DNA from: Sphingomonadales bacterium
GTDB lineage: Bacteria > Pseudomonadota > Alphaproteobacteria > Sphingomonadales > Sphingomonadaceae
Direction: 5' to 3'
NCBI GenBank assembly: GCA_038228305.1
Contig: JBBRPI010000017.1
Location: 532-64,531, forward strand
DNA: 64,000 nt
Part shown: in pieces, positions 21,623 through 34,934 of the stretch
Numbering within the stretch: position 1 is the first letter of the stretch
How the letters are laid out: the number at the start of each line of letters is the position of its first letter
The notes under the pieces: model-generated
The model's database searches: none
Told to the model about the DNA's origin: nothing
What the model saw: the letters and a program-made list of their open reading frames with translations, nothing else
Program-made: the position numbers and the translations under genes

Positions 21623-22300
21623 ATGCCGTCTGATACCGTTCTTGCCTTAACTGGCCTTGCCAAGTCCGTTCCCGGCGGCCGTGTGCTGTTTTCCGGGCTG
21701 AATCTCGCCGTCGCTCCCGGTGAAATCATCGCCATCATGGGTGAATCCGGGGTGGGCAAATCGACCCTGCTCAATTTGATCGCCGGGCTGGACAGCGCCG
21801 ATGCAGGCGACATCCATATTGCCGGCAATGATCTGGGCCAATTGAACGATGATGCCCGCACGTTGCTTCGGCTCCGCCATATCGGTTTTGTCTTTCAGGC
21901 GTTCCACATCCTTCCGCATTTGACGCTGGCCCAGAATGTCGCGCTGCCGCTCGCGCTCGCCGGCAGCGACGCTGGCGCTACGCTGGCCGCTGCAGGCGCA
22001 ATGCTGGCCAATGTCGGGTTACCGGATCGCGACACAGATTTCCCATCCCAACTGTCTGGCGGCGAATTGCAACGTATCGCCATCGCCCGGGCATTGGTTC
22101 ATGCCCCGGCTCTGATTTTGGCCGATGAACCCACCGGCAATCTGGACCCCGAAACCGCCGCCCGAATCCTGACGCTGTTGACGGCGCAAATCCGTGCGTC
22201 GGGCGCCGCTGCGATTATCGTCACCCACAGCGACCGCGCCGCTGCCATTGCCGATCGCGTGCTGGTGTTGGGTCGGGATGGGCTGGTGGCGCGTGAGTGA
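21623..22300 (+). CDS. ABC transporter ATP-binding protein (LolD/AttE-like)
   Basis: GESGVGKST, LSGGELQRIAIARAL, ILADEPTGNLD, IIVTHS. Confidence 0.93.
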   Translation: MPSDTVLALTGLAKSVPGGRVLFSGLNLAVAPGEIIAIMGESGVGKSTLLNLIAGLDSADAGDIHIAGNDLGQLNDDARTLLRLRHIGFVFQAFHILPHLTLAQNVALPLALAGSDAGATLAAAGAMLANVGLPDRDTDFPSQLSGGELQRIAIARALVHAPALILADEPTGNLDPETAARILTLLTAQIRASGAAAIIVTHSDRAAAIADRVLVLGRDGLVARE

Positions 22301-22372
22301 AGTGCCTCCGGCGGCTGGAGCCTTGTGCGCCAGACCCTATTTTGCCGAGACTGAACCCAGAACACCGATCTG

Positions 22373-24922
22373 GTGCGCAGGGCCCCAGTCGCCGGAGGCA
22401 CTTTGATCGCCCTCACCCCCGCCCGCTGGCTGCTCATCGGCGAATGGCGCGCGCATCCCGGTCGGCTGATCATCGCGGTGCTGGCGATTGCAGTTGGCGT
22501 CGCGTTGGGATTTGCCGTGCATCTGGTCAACCAGACTGCGCTGGACAGTTTCGGAAGGGCGCTGCGCAGTGTAAACGGCGGTGCCGATCTGCAGGTTCAT
22601 GCGGCGACTGCGACCGGATTTGATGAAGGTCTGTACCCGCAGATTGCCGGTGTCGCCGGAGTCGCGTCGACCAGCCCGGTGATCGAACTGGCCGCAAGCA
22701 GTGGCACGATCGCCCCGCCCGGTACCCGTTCCAACGGGGGATCGCGTTTTACCTTGTTGGGGCTCGATCTGTTGCGGGCTGCTGTCGTCACCCCGGGCCT
22801 GTTGCCGTCCGCTGCCCCCGGCGTTGACAGCGTTTTCCTGTCCGGCCCGGCGTTGATCGCGCTCAATCGCCACATTGGTCAAAGGCTGACGATCGACGCC
22901 GCCGGGCGCAGTCACACCTTTACAATTTCAGGTACAATTCCCGGGGCTGATGACACAGCGCTGGCGATAATCGATATTGCCGATGCGCAGTGGCGGTTCG
23001 GCCAATTGGGCCGGTTGCAACGGCTGGATTTGCGGCTCGCGCCCGGTGCGGATCCTGCCGTGGTCAGCACCGCGCTGGCGGCAATCCTGCCTGTGGGCGG
23101 CAGCATCGAAACGCCGGCCAGCGCGGCGGGACGCACGGACAGCCTATCTCGCGCCTATCGCGTCAATCTGGAAATGTTGGCGATGGTGGCGCTGCTGACT
23201 GGCGGTTTCCTGGTCTATTCGGCGCAATCGCTCGCCGTTGCCCGCCGCGCGCCGCATTTTGCACTGCTGCGTGTTCTGGGGCTAAAGGCAAGTGCTCTGA
23301 CCGGGCAGGTCGTTGCCGAGGGTGCACTGCTTGGGGTTGCCGGCGCTGCATTTGGTCTGGCGCTGGGCTATGGCCTTGCCGTGCTCACGTTGCGATTACT
23401 GGGCGGCGATCTGGGCAGTGGGATGCTGCGCGATGCCGCACCAGAACTGCATTTTTCGCTTCCCGCCGCGATTGCCTTTGGCGGCATCGGCATCGTCGTA
23501 GCCATGGCGAGCAGCCTGGTTCCGGCCCGCGCCGCCGCCCGTGCTCGGCCGGCAATCACGCTGAAATCCAGCGACAATGCTGGCGATCAACGGCCCGATG
23601 CCCAGCTTGGCGTCACCGTGATCATCATTGGCGGCATTGCTGCGCTTGGGCCGCCGCTATGGGGCCTGCCGCTGCTTGGTTACGCCGCGATGGCGCTGCT
23701 GCTTGCCGGTGGTATCGCCATCATGCCGTGGGTTGCGCGTGCCTTGCTCGGTCTTGTGCCTGCCCGCCGCCTTGCGCCGCCGCTGGACCTCGCGCTCAAA
23801 CGTCTGAGGGGCGCCCCTGGCCAGGCCGCGGTGGCGCTGTGCGGCATTGTCGCCTCGACGGCGTTGATGGTGGCGATGGCGGTGATGGTCACGAGTTTTC
23901 GCGGTTCGGTTGATTCCTGGCTGACGCAGATTCTGCCGTCCGACATTTATCTGCACCTGGAAGGCGCAGACGCTGGTGGGCTGGATGCGGCGGCGCAAGC
24001 CCGGCTGGCCGCAACACCGGGCATCGTATCGATGCGCTTTGTCCGCCAGATGCCGCTGCGGCTGGCCGCGGATAAACCACCGGTGCTGCTGTCCGGCCAA
24101 CCCATCGATGCCGGCAACCCGGCAGCCCATCTGGCGATGATCGGTGGAACCGTGGCGGTTCCAGTGGGGGCAACCCCGGTCTGGGTTTCCGAACCCATGG
24201 GTTGGCTATACGGCTTGAAACCCGGCGACCAGATCAGCCTGCCGCTGGGCGGCGCCGCGCGGCCAGTTTTCGTTGCCGGCGTCTGGCGCGATTATGCCCG
24301 GCAATTTGGCGCGATTGCGATGCGTGATACCGATCTGGCGCGTTTGACCGGCGATGCCACCAAAACCGAGGCAGCCATCGATGTTGCGCCGAGAGCCGAT
24401 ATTCCCCGCAGCATCGCCGCGTTGCGCCAGCGCCTGCCAGTTGCGGTCGCAGGGCAGGCGATGTTTGGCCAGCCACGCCAGATGCGAGCCATGGCGCTAA
24501 CAATTTTTGACCGCAGTTTTGCCATCACATATGCCCTGGAGGCGATCGCCATCATTATCGGCTTGATTGGAATCGCCGCAACATTTTCGGCGCAGGTTCT
24601 GGCACGGACGCGGGAATTCGGAATGCTGCGCCACATCGGCGTGACACGGCGGCAGATCATGACGATGCTGGCTGCTGAAGGCGCATTGCTCGGCACTGTC
24701 GGCAGTATTGCCGGAATTACTTTGGGCGTGGTGATGAGCCAGGTGCTGATCGACGTCATCAACCCGCAGAGTTTCCACTGGACAATGGACACCAGCTTGC
24801 CGTGGGGCCTGCTCGGACTGCTGGCGGTCGCCCTCGTCGCGGCAGCGGCTGGCACTGCGGTGCTAGCAGGTCGGCAAGCAGTGTCGGCGCATGCCGTGCG
24901 CGCGGTAAGGGATGATTGGTAA
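22373..24922 (+). CDS. FtsX-like ABC permease (AttF/G-like, two MacB/FtsX units)
   Basis: Two periplasmic + TM repeats; FALLRVLG and REFGMLRHIG motifs. Start codon uncertain. Confidence 0.9.
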   Translation: MRRAPVAGGTLIALTPARWLLIGEWRAHPGRLIIAVLAIAVGVALGFAVHLVNQTALDSFGRALRSVNGGADLQVHAATATGFDEGLYPQIAGVAGVASTSPVIELAASSGTIAPPGTRSNGGSRFTLLGLDLLRAAVVTPGLLPSAAPGVDSVFLSGPALIALNRHIGQRLTIDAAGRSHTFTISGTIPGADDTALAIIDIADAQWRFGQLGRLQRLDLRLAPGADPAVVSTALAAILPVGGSIETPASAAGRTDSLSRAYRVNLEMLAMVALLTGGFLVYSAQSLAVARRAPHFALLRVLGLKASALTGQVVAEGALLGVAGAAFGLALGYGLAVLTLRLLGGDLGSGMLRDAAPELHFSLPAAIAFGGIGIVVAMASSLVPARAAARARPAITLKSSDNAGDQRPDAQLGVTVIIIGGIAALGPPLWGLPLLGYAAMALLLAGGIAIMPWVARALLGLVPARRLAPPLDLALKRLRGAPGQAAVALCGIVASTALMVAMAVMVTSFRGSVDSWLTQILPSDIYLHLEGADAGGLDAAAQARLAATPGIVSMRFVRQMPLRLAADKPPVLLSGQPIDAGNPAAHLAMIGGTVAVPVGATPVWVSEPMGWLYGLKPGDQISLPLGGAARPVFVAGVWRDYARQFGAIAMRDTDLARLTGDATKTEAAIDVAPRADIPRSIAALRQRLPVAVAGQAMFGQPRQMRAMALTIFDRSFAITYALEAIAIIIGLIGIAATFSAQVLARTREFGMLRHIGVTRRQIMTMLAAEGALLGTVGSIAGITLGVVMSQVLIDVINPQSFHWTMDTSLPWGLLGLLAVALVAAAAGTAVLAGRQAVSAHAVRAVRDDW

Positions 24923-25956
24923 TGCGCTGGCTGGTCTGTTTGTTGCTGCTGGGTGCGGCGCCCATCGATTACCCGTCTGTTCGCCCTGGCACGCCGATCA
25001 TCTTTCCCCGCGATCACGGCGCCCATCCCGATTTTCGCACCGAATGGTGGTATGTCACCGGCTGGCTGACGACCGCCGAGGGCCAGCAACGTGGTTTTCA
25101 GTTGACGTTTTTTCGAACCCGGCCGGCGGTGAATGACGCCAACCCAAGCAAGTTCACCCCGCGCCAGATAATGTTTGCCCATGCCGCGATTGCCGCGCCC
25201 AAAGCCGGCCATTTGGTCCATGACCAACGCATTTCCCGCGCGGGCTTTGGCCTTGCGGATGCGAGAGTCGGTGACATGGCGGTCAAGGTCGATGACTGGA
25301 CACTGGTGCGCAGACCCGACGGCATTTTCCGCGCTCGCGTCACCGCCAGCAGCTTTGACCTCAACATTGCGTTGACGCCGACCCAGCCACCTTTGCTGCA
25401 AGGCCGCGCTGGGTACAGCCAGAAAGGCCCCGATCCTCGCGAAGCCAGCCATTATTACAGCATACCCCAGCTTCGCGTCTCCGGCACGCTGGATGCCCAG
25501 CCCGTCACCGGCACCGCCTGGATGGATCGCGAATGGTCATCAACCTTGCTCAACCCGCGCGCCACTGGCTGGGATTGGCTGGGGCTGAACATGGACGACG
25601 GTGGCGCGTTGACGCTGTTTCGCGTTCGCGATGCCGCTGGCGCTGCTGTTTGGGCCGGCGGTTCCTATCGCGACAAAGATGGTGAAGTGACAATCCTGAA
25701 ACAGACCGATGTCCGATTTGCCGTCACGCGACGCTGGCGGTCGCCGCGAACAGGCGCCAGCTATCCGGTTGCCCCCACGGTCAGTTTCCTGCTGCGCGGC
25801 AAAAAATTGGAATTGCTGGTAAAACCTTTGTTTGACGACCAGGAACTTGACAGCCGGCGCGGTGGCGGCCCGGTGTATTGGGAGGGTGCTGTCACCGTGC
25901 CCGGCGGGCGGGGCTATCTTGAAATGACCGGCTATCAAAAACCGTTGAATATGTAG
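24922..25956 (+). CDS. AttH / carotenoid 1,2-hydratase-like lipocalin-fold protein
   Basis: FPRDHGAHPDFRTEWWYVTG, ASHYYSIP, WMDREWS, GWDWLG, YWEGAV, GYLEMTGY; 1-nt overlap with the permease stop. Confidence 0.92.
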   Translation: MRWLVCLLLLGAAPIDYPSVRPGTPIIFPRDHGAHPDFRTEWWYVTGWLTTAEGQQRGFQLTFFRTRPAVNDANPSKFTPRQIMFAHAAIAAPKAGHLVHDQRISRAGFGLADARVGDMAVKVDDWTLVRRPDGIFRARVTASSFDLNIALTPTQPPLLQGRAGYSQKGPDPREASHYYSIPQLRVSGTLDAQPVTGTAWMDREWSSTLLNPRATGWDWLGLNMDDGGALTLFRVRDAAGAAVWAGGSYRDKDGEVTILKQTDVRFAVTRRWRSPRTGASYPVAPTVSFLLRGKKLELLVKPLFDDQELDSRRGGGPVYWEGAVTVPGGRGYLEMTGYQKPLNM

Positions 25957-25980
25957 CCGTGATTTCCTGACACCGGCGAT

Positions 25981-26064
25981 TTATACCAACTCTTGTTGAT
26001 GCCGACTCATATTCAAGACAACAGAGCCGCCGACGGCCCTTTTGAACTCCGACAGGTTATGATC
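25981..26064 (+). repeat. Dispersed 84-nt intergenic element, copy 2
   Basis: 64/84 ungapped identity to the reverse complement of 4268-4351; the core CAACTCTYGTTGATGCCGACTC is 21/22 identical. Confidence 0.8.
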
Positions 26065-26424
26065 CGCAAGATGGGGTATCCGCAAAGGAAGCACCCAGAT
26101 TGAAACGTTAGCCCCGTCCATCGCCGCCTGTGCAAGCATTGTGGCATATCCCGCACCAAACGCCCGATGATTGCGGCCCGGCCCGCCAGTTCATAACGTC
26201 TGGCTATATTGCTGTCGGAGGTCGAAGTTCAGGGCCGCGCGCGCAAGGCGCCCAAGCCCGACGAGTTGTTTTTCGGGACGTTCCAAAGCCTGTTCAAGGT
26301 CAGGCTGTCCCCGCCGCTCGTCCTGTTCGGACAATACCACCCCGGAAAGCTTCCACGACGTCCTGGGGCTGTTGCCTGGCAGACGGGGAACAACTGAAAC
26401 GCCCTTGGGCAGGGATTGAGGCCT

Positions 26425-28601
<2,177 letters not shown>

Positions 28602-28719
28602 GTGCTGCCTGCTCTTGCACGAGCCATTGCACAAGAGGCGCTTTTTTCGGCCTTGCTGCATCCGGCTCGCTGAATTCGGGTCGGCGCTTGCACCTTCCCT
28701 TTCAATCCAAGAACGACCG

Positions 28720-28998
28720 TTAATCCTCACCGAATTTGTCGAGAACAAGGCCCCGCAGCTTGGTAATGGCGGCTTCGGCGTCGACGCCTGTCGCTGAAAT
28801 CTCGATTGAATCGCCACAGGCTGCGGCCAGCATCATCAGCCCCATGATCGATGTTCCTGTCACGCTGCCGCCGTCATGGCTGACAGTAACTTCGGCATCG
28901 AACGTGCTGGCCATGGTGACAAATTTTGCGCTGGCGCGCGCATGCAGGCCGCGTTTGTTGGTGATCGGAACGCTAATCGGGCCAACCGCGGCGCTCAA
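28720..28998 (-). CDS. ptsH: HPr/NPr family phosphocarrier
   Basis: ITNKRGLHARASAKFV (active His) and GTSIMGLMML (regulatory Ser). Confidence 0.95.
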   Translation of the reverse strand: MSAAVGPISVPITNKRGLHARASAKFVTMASTFDAEVTVSHDGGSVTGTSIMGLMMLAAACGDSIEISATGVDAEAAITKLRGLVLDKFGED

Positions 28999-29396
28999 GC
29001 CGCTTCGCCCAACATGCGAGAAGCGACGGCGATATATTTTCGCCCGGCCCCCTGCGCGGCCTCAACTGCTGCTGTAACGTTCATGGTCTTGCGCACGCTG
29101 GCCAGCTTGATCAGCATCGGCAGATTGACCCCGGCGATGACCTCGGTGTTCGGACCCATCAGCGAGATGGCCAAATTCGACGGAGTGCCGCCAAACATGT
29201 CAGTCAGCATGATTACGCCCTGGCCGGCATCGCAATCAGTGATCGCCGCCGCAATGTCGTTGCGCCGCACCTCCATGTCGTCGTCTGCTCCGATGCAAAT
29301 CGCGCGCACGCGATCCTGTGGCCCCACGACGTGTTCCATCGCGGCCATGAATTCGGCGGCCAGGCGGCCATGGGTGACGAGAACCAATCCGATCAT
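28995..29396 (-). CDS. manX: PTS EIIA, mannose family
   Basis: MIGLVLVTHG, LTDMFGGTPSN, VIAGVNLPML. Confidence 0.93.
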   Translation of the reverse strand: MIGLVLVTHGRLAAEFMAAMEHVVGPQDRVRAICIGADDDMEVRRNDIAAAITDCDAGQGVIMLTDMFGGTPSNLAISLMGPNTEVIAGVNLPMLIKLASVRKTMNVTAAVEAAQGAGRKYIAVASRMLGEAA

Positions 29397-30769
29397 GCAG
29401 GGCCTGCCTCACCCGATGTTGGGGGTGCTGTCAATATGGCGGCGTCATGACCGTGGCCTGCGACATCGCGGTGCACCAGCAATGGCCCTTGGCCAGCGGC
29501 GGTTAGGCGCGCCTGCAATTCGCGTGCGACGGCGACGCTGCGATGGCGACCGCCAGTACAACCGATAGCGATGGTGAGGTATGCCTTGCCTTCGCGGCCA
29601 TAGCCCGGGATCAGTGTCAAAAGTAGATCGGCGATGCGATCGACGGCCGGGGCATAGGCGGGATCGGCGCGGACAAATTCGGCAACATCGGGATGTTCGC
29701 CGGTCAATGGCCGCAGCGCCGGTTCCCAATGCGGATTGGCCAGGAACCGCATGTCAAACACCAGATCGGCGTCACGCGGCAGGCCATAGGCAAAACCGAA
29801 CGACTGAAGAGTGACATTCAGTGCGCCGTAACTGTCACGGCCCAATTGTTCAGCGATACGGCGGCGCAGATCGGCCGCGGACAGATCTGTCGTATCAATC
29901 ACCATGTCGGCCCAGCGCCTGAGCGGTGCTGTCAGCGCGCGTTCACGGCCAATGCCATCGGCGGCAGGGCGATCGGCAGCGAGCGGATGACGGCGGCGCG
30001 TTTCGGAAAAACGCTGGACCAGGCGATCGTCGCTGCAATCAAGATACAGCAGCCGGATGTCGATACCTTCGGCGCGCAGGGTGCGCAGACGTTCGACCAA
30101 AGCTTCTGCATCAAATTCGCGAGTGCGGGTGTCGATGCCGAATGCGAGCGGCCGGGGCGGGCCATCGCCGCCTTCGGCGGAATTGAGCAGGGTGTCGACA
30201 AGGCCAAGCGGCAAATTATCGACCGCCTCATAATCCAAGTCTTCCAGCGCCTTCAGCGCCGTCGATTTCCCGGCGCCCGACATGCCGGTGACGATCAACA
30301 TTGGCGGAACGCCGGGCAACGGGGCGGGTGAAATAGCAGCCATGATGCGGCCTTTTACGGCCAGACCGTGTTGGCGCAAAGCCCGTTCGACTTTCAGCGC
30401 GGCTGATTCGCCAAAGGCGGACAGGGCAATCATCGGGATGGCGATGCCGCGCCAGCTTTGCGTCGTGGTTTCGGGAAGGCGTTCGGGGTCGCCCGCGAGA
30501 TCGATAGCGAGCGCGACTGGTGATGACAGGTTTGATTCGGCGCATAATCCTACGCCGCGCACCTCGATCAGCCCGGCTATGGCAGCCGGCGCAGTGGCAG
30601 TGAGGATGCCGTTGTTGGCGGAAAGCACGGTGCGATCATCGGCGACCAGTTGCCAGCCCCGATCGATCAGCCGTAACGCCAGATCGGATTTGCCCGCTCC
30701 CGATGGCCCCAGCAGCAGCACTGCTCGTCCATCCAGAGCCACGGCAGTCGCATGGATTGTCGGTGTCAT
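29393..30769 (-). CDS. rapZ: In-frame fusion of the short HPr kinase/phosphorylase and the RNase adapter RapZ
   Basis: N-terminal IHATAV...GPSGAGKSDLAL...VADD...GLIEVRGVG (HprK); then IVTGMSGAGKS...AVDNLP...SFGF..GLP.DAD.VFD.RFL.NP...IGCTGGRHRSV (RapZ); no stop between the two. Confidence 0.9.
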   Translation of the reverse strand: MTPTIHATAVALDGRAVLLLGPSGAGKSDLALRLIDRGWQLVADDRTVLSANNGILTATAPAAIAGLIEVRGVGLCAESNLSSPVALAIDLAGDPERLPETTTQSWRGIAIPMIALSAFGESAALKVERALRQHGLAVKGRIMAAISPAPLPGVPPMLIVTGMSGAGKSTALKALEDLDYEAVDNLPLGLVDTLLNSAEGGDGPPRPLAFGIDTRTREFDAEALVERLRTLRAEGIDIRLLYLDCSDDRLVQRFSETRRRHPLAADRPAADGIGRERALTAPLRRWADMVIDTTDLSAADLRRRIAEQLGRDSYGALNVTLQSFGFAYGLPRDADLVFDMRFLANPHWEPALRPLTGEHPDVAEFVRADPAYAPAVDRIADLLLTLIPGYGREGKAYLTIAIGCTGGRHRSVAVARELQARLTAAGQGPLLVHRDVAGHGHDAAILTAPPTSGEAGPA

Positions 30770-32355
30770 CCCGCCGGCAGTTCCACGGTGAACATCGCGC
30801 CCTGGGTGCCGTCGCGTTCGCCCACCCGGATTGTGCCGCCGTGCGCAGTGACGATCGCCCCGGCAATGGAAAGCCCAAGCCCGGAATGGCGGCCGAAATC
30901 TTCGGATTCCGGCCGCTGCGAATAGAAACGCTTGAAGACATCTCCGCGATTTTCGGCAGGCACGCCCGGCCCCTGATCCTCAACCTGCAGCCGAACGCGA
31001 CGCGCGCCGGTCTCCGCCGAAACGATCACTGTGCCGGGGTTGGGCGAAAAGGAAATGGCATTATCGATCAGATTGCGCAGCACCTGGGCCAGCCGTGCCG
31101 GATCACCCCGCACCCGCGCTGCACCCGCCGCCGGCGGGGAATAGGCAATGGACATGCCAGGTGGCATTCCCGCCACCTGATAGGCGGCAACCAGCCCTGC
31201 CGCCAAAGCCCCCGCATCAACCGGTTCAAAGCGCGCACGCGACAGTTCGGCATCCAATCGGCTGGCATCGGAAATATCGCTGATCAACCGGTCCAATCGC
31301 GCCACATCATCGCGGATCACTGCCATCAGCCGGGCCCGCAAATCGGGCACTTGCACCGCGTCCAGCGTGTCAACCGCGCTGCGCAATGACGCCAGCGGGT
31401 TTTTCAATTCATGGGCGACATCGGCGGCAAAGGCTTCGGTCGCATCAATCTGCAGCCGCAGCGCCAGCGACATGTCGGACACGGCTCGCGCCAGCGCGCC
31501 AATTTCGTCGCGCCTGTCCGGCAGCCGCGGAACGATGACTTCACGGGATCGGCCCAGTCGAACGCGGTGGGCGGCGATGGCCAGCATTCTGAGCGGCCTG
31601 ACGATGGTGTTGGCGAGGTAAAACGACAGCGACAGCGTAATGCCGGTTACAGCGAGCAGCAGCCAAAATGATGTCAGCCTTTCGGCACGCAAGATCGCCG
31701 TCAGATCGGCGGCATTGTCGGCCAGATGGACGGTACCGCCATGGGCCAGCGGCGCTGCTGCGGTCAGGATGAAATCGCCATCCACAGCGCGGCGAAGCCG
31801 GGTAACGGGCGCTTTGGCTTGGCTTGCTTCGGCAATTTCGGGCCAATTCCGGGCGCGATCAGGTGTGATTTCGGTATAGGGGGTTATCGGGCGAAACCGC
31901 GCGACCTGTTCAAGTGCGCGATCAATGAAGCGGGCTGACAGCCGCCGCCAGCTTTGCCGTGCAGGGTTTTCGATGGTGAATCGGCGCGTGCCGGGGCTGG
32001 CCCAATTGTCCGCCGCCATCGTGCCATCGCCCGCATACAGGCGAACCCGGGTGCCGCGTGAAGTTGTGAAATCGCGCAGGCGATCCGCGGCGGCTGGCAG
32101 CGCATCGGCAAAGGCAGCGATGGTGGCCGCCTGGTTGGCAAGACCTGCACTGCGTTCATCGAGCAATCGCGACCGCACGGTATCGAGATACAGCAGCATG
32201 ATCGCCAGCACGATGACGGCGACAATATTGACCGCAAAAATCCGGGCACGCAGCGAACCAAAGCCCAGGCCGCGCCGCCATTCCTGAACTTCTGACGATT
32301 CAGGGGCCGATTCCAGGCCAGGCCTATTCCTCGTTGAAACGGTATCCGACGCCAT
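30766..32355 (-). CDS. chvG: Sensor histidine kinase ChvG
   Basis: Two TM helices, HAMP (RRDEIGALA), [27 protein letters not shown]; follows chvI. Start codon uncertain. Confidence 0.92.
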   Translation of the reverse strand: MASDTVSTRNRPGLESAPESSEVQEWRRGLGFGSLRARIFAVNIVAVIVLAIMLLYLDTVRSRLLDERSAGLANQAATIAAFADALPAAADRLRDFTTSRGTRVRLYAGDGTMAADNWASPGTRRFTIENPARQSWRRLSARFIDRALEQVARFRPITPYTEITPDRARNWPEIAEASQAKAPVTRLRRAVDGDFILTAAAPLAHGGTVHLADNAADLTAILRAERLTSFWLLLAVTGITLSLSFYLANTIVRPLRMLAIAAHRVRLGRSREVIVPRLPDRRDEIGALARAVSDMSLALRLQIDATEAFAADVAHELKNPLASLRSAVDTLDAVQVPDLRARLMAVIRDDVARLDRLISDISDASRLDAELSRARFEPVDAGALAAGLVAAYQVAGMPPGMSIAYSPPAAGAARVRGDPARLAQVLRNLIDNAISFSPNPGTVIVSAETGARRVRLQVEDQGPGVPAENRGDVFKRFYSQRPESEDFGRHSGLGLSIAGAIVTAHGGTIRVGERDGTQGAMFTVELPAG

Positions 32356-33061
32356 ACAGCGTCTCTATCGCCTTGAAATCATGGTCGACGGCGCGAAATT
32401 TCTTGCGCAGCCGCTTGATGTGCGAATCAATGGTACGATCATCGACATAAACATCATCCTGATACGCTGCATCCATCAATTGGTCGCGTGATTTCACAAA
32501 ACCCGGCCGGGCAGCCAGCGTTTCCAATATCATGAATTCCGTAACAGTCAGCGCGACATCGCCGCGCCGGCCTTCGCCGGCATCCCATATCACGCGGTGG
32601 CGGGCAGGATCCATGGTCAACCGGCCGCGGATAATGGGTTCGGCGGCGGGGGTATCGGGGGTTTCTTCCGGTGGCTTCCGGCGATTTGCGGCGCGGCGCA
32701 GCACGGCGCGAATGCGCTCAATCAGCAGCCGCTGGCTGAACGGCTTTCCGATATAATCATCGGCGCCCATCGCCAGGCCCAGTGCTTCATCAATCTCGGT
32801 GTCTTTTGAGGTGAGAAAGATCACCGGCACTTCGGATTTCTCGCGCAGGCGGCGCAGCACCTCCATGCCATCCATGCGCGGCATTTTAATGTCGAGCACG
32901 GCCAGGTCAGGCGGGTTTTCGGTCAGCGCCTTTAAGGCGGTATCGCCGTCGGAATACAGCCTGACCGTATAACCTTCGGCCTGAAGCGCGATCGACACCG
33001 AAGTAAGGATGTTGCGATCATCATCGACCAGAGCGATTACAGGGGCGGCGGTGTCTGGCAT
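32324..33061 (-). CDS. chvI: Response regulator ChvI
   Basis: [39 protein letters not shown]; divergent from pckA. Confidence 0.96.
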   Translation of the reverse strand: MPDTAAPVIALVDDDRNILTSVSIALQAEGYTVRLYSDGDTALKALTENPPDLAVLDIKMPRMDGMEVLRRLREKSEVPVIFLTSKDTEIDEALGLAMGADDYIGKPFSQRLLIERIRAVLRRAANRRKPPEETPDTPAAEPIIRGRLTMDPARHRVIWDAGEGRRGDVALTVTEFMILETLAARPGFVKSRDQLMDAAYQDDVYVDDRTIDSHIKRLRKKFRAVDHDFKAIETLYGVGYRFNEE

Positions 33062-33229
33062 GCACTGCTGTTGTTACGCCTGGGCGCGGGAATGGCAAGC
33101 CAGAGCTTCTTCATTCCCACTTAATACAGTTGGTTTTGACGAAGCGGCGTGGCTTCGTTATGCGCCATACAGCACAACAATGCGATGGCCGCCGCGCTTG
33201 TACGGCATCGCCCTGAAAGGAACACCGCC

Positions 33230-34837
33230 GTGTCCGCTTCGATCGTTTCGAGCCATGGTTTGGCCGCACAGGGCTATGAAACATCGGCCGATCTGCACTG
33301 GAACCTGGGCACGGCGCCGCTGATCGAAATCGCGGTGACACGCCGTGAGGGCCTGCTTTCAAAGCGTGGCGCTTTCGTCGTCGAAACCGGCAAGCACACC
33401 GGCCGCAGCGCGCAGGACAAATTCATCGTTCGTGACGCGACCACCGAAAATGTCATCTGGTGGGACAAGAACAAATCAATCACGCCGGCGCAATTTGCTG
33501 CGATCAAGGCCGATTTCCAGGCGGCAGTGGCGGAGAAGAAGACCCTTTTCGTCCAGGATCTGTATGGCGGATCGCAGCCGGAATATCGGGTCAAGGTGCG
33601 GGTGATAACCGAATTCGCCTGGCACAGCCTGTTCATCCGCACCTTGCTCGTGCGGCCGGAGGCAGAAGCGCTGGCGGAGTTCCTGCCGGAATATACCATC
33701 ATCGATCTGCCCAGCTTCAGGGCTGACCCCGCCCGCCATGGCTGCCGCAGCGAAACCATTGTCGCGGTCGATTTTGCCAACAGGACAGTATTGATTGGCG
33801 GCACATCATACGCCGGCGAAATGAAGAAAAGCGTCTTTTCGATTTTGAATTACCTGCTGCCGGTCAAGGGTGTGATGCCGATGCATTGTTCGGCCAATAT
33901 CGGGCCAAAGGGCGATACCGCGGTGTTTTTCGGTTTGTCGGGCACCGGCAAGACGACGCTGAGCGCCGATGCCAGCCGCACGTTGATCGGCGATGACGAA
34001 CATGGCTGGTCCGACACCGCAGTGTTCAATTTTGAAGGCGGTTGCTATGCCAAGGTCATCCGCCTGTCGGCCGAAGCGGAACCCGAAATTTACGCGACCA
34101 CCCAGCGGTTCGGCACCGTCCTGGAAAATGTCGTTATCGACCCTGTCAGCCGTGAGATCGATCTGGACGACCACAGCCTGGCCGAAAACAGCCGGGCGTC
34201 ATACCCGATTGATTTCATCCCCAATGCCAGCGCTGACAATTTGGGTCCGGTGCCCGACAATGTGATCATGCTGACCGCCGATGCATTCGGTATTCTGCCC
34301 CCGATCAGCAAGTTGACGCCCGACCAGGCAATGTATCATTTCCTCTCTGGCTATACGGCGCGCGTCGCCGGCACCGAAATCGGCGTGACCGAACCCGATG
34401 CAACGTTCAGCACCTGTTTCGGCGCGCCGTTCATGCCGCGCCATCCATCGGTTTACGGCAATCTGTTGAAAGACCGCATCGCCAAGGGCGGCGTCGATGT
34501 CTGGCTGGTCAACACCGGCTGGACCGGCGGCGGCGCCGGCACCGGCGGCACCGGCACCCGCATGCCGATCAAGGCGACCCGCGCGCTGTTGAACGCGGCG
34601 CTGGATGGCAGCCTGAAGGCCGCGACCTTCCGCACCGATCCGAATTTCGGCTTCCAGGTGCCGGTCGCCGTCCCCGGTGTTGACGCCAAAATCCTCAACC
34701 CTCGCGATACCTGGGCCGACAAGGCCGCTTATGACGCCAAAGCCAAGGCGCTGGTTGGCATGTTCATCGAAAATTTCGCGCAATTTGCGGATCATGTGGA
34801 TGCGGGTGTGATGGAGAGCGCGCCAAAGGCGGCGTGA
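33230..34837 (+). CDS. pckA: Phosphoenolpyruvate carboxykinase (ATP)
   Basis: [50 protein letters not shown]; GTG start after AAGGA. Confidence 0.97.
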   Translation: MSASIVSSHGLAAQGYETSADLHWNLGTAPLIEIAVTRREGLLSKRGAFVVETGKHTGRSAQDKFIVRDATTENVIWWDKNKSITPAQFAAIKADFQAAVAEKKTLFVQDLYGGSQPEYRVKVRVITEFAWHSLFIRTLLVRPEAEALAEFLPEYTIIDLPSFRADPARHGCRSETIVAVDFANRTVLIGGTSYAGEMKKSVFSILNYLLPVKGVMPMHCSANIGPKGDTAVFFGLSGTGKTTLSADASRTLIGDDEHGWSDTAVFNFEGGCYAKVIRLSAEAEPEIYATTQRFGTVLENVVIDPVSREIDLDDHSLAENSRASYPIDFIPNASADNLGPVPDNVIMLTADAFGILPPISKLTPDQAMYHFLSGYTARVAGTEIGVTEPDATFSTCFGAPFMPRHPSVYGNLLKDRIAKGGVDVWLVNTGWTGGGAGTGGTGTRMPIKATRALLNAALDGSLKAATFRTDPNFGFQVPVAVPGVDAKILNPRDTWADKAAYDAKAKALVGMFIENFAQFADHVDAGVMESAPKAA

Positions 34838-34934
34838 GGGGGAATTGCGGCCATTCTGGCTGCATCTGTCGCCCCAACACATTGATTTTAAGCAACTAAG
34901 CTGACACACTCCTGCGGTGCAAGGAGTGAACGAA

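Noticed and set aside
34515-34562. GGCACCGGC micro-repeats in pckA (GGGAGTGGTGT)
   Set aside because: Short Gly/Thr expansion of a known variable loop; weak signal.
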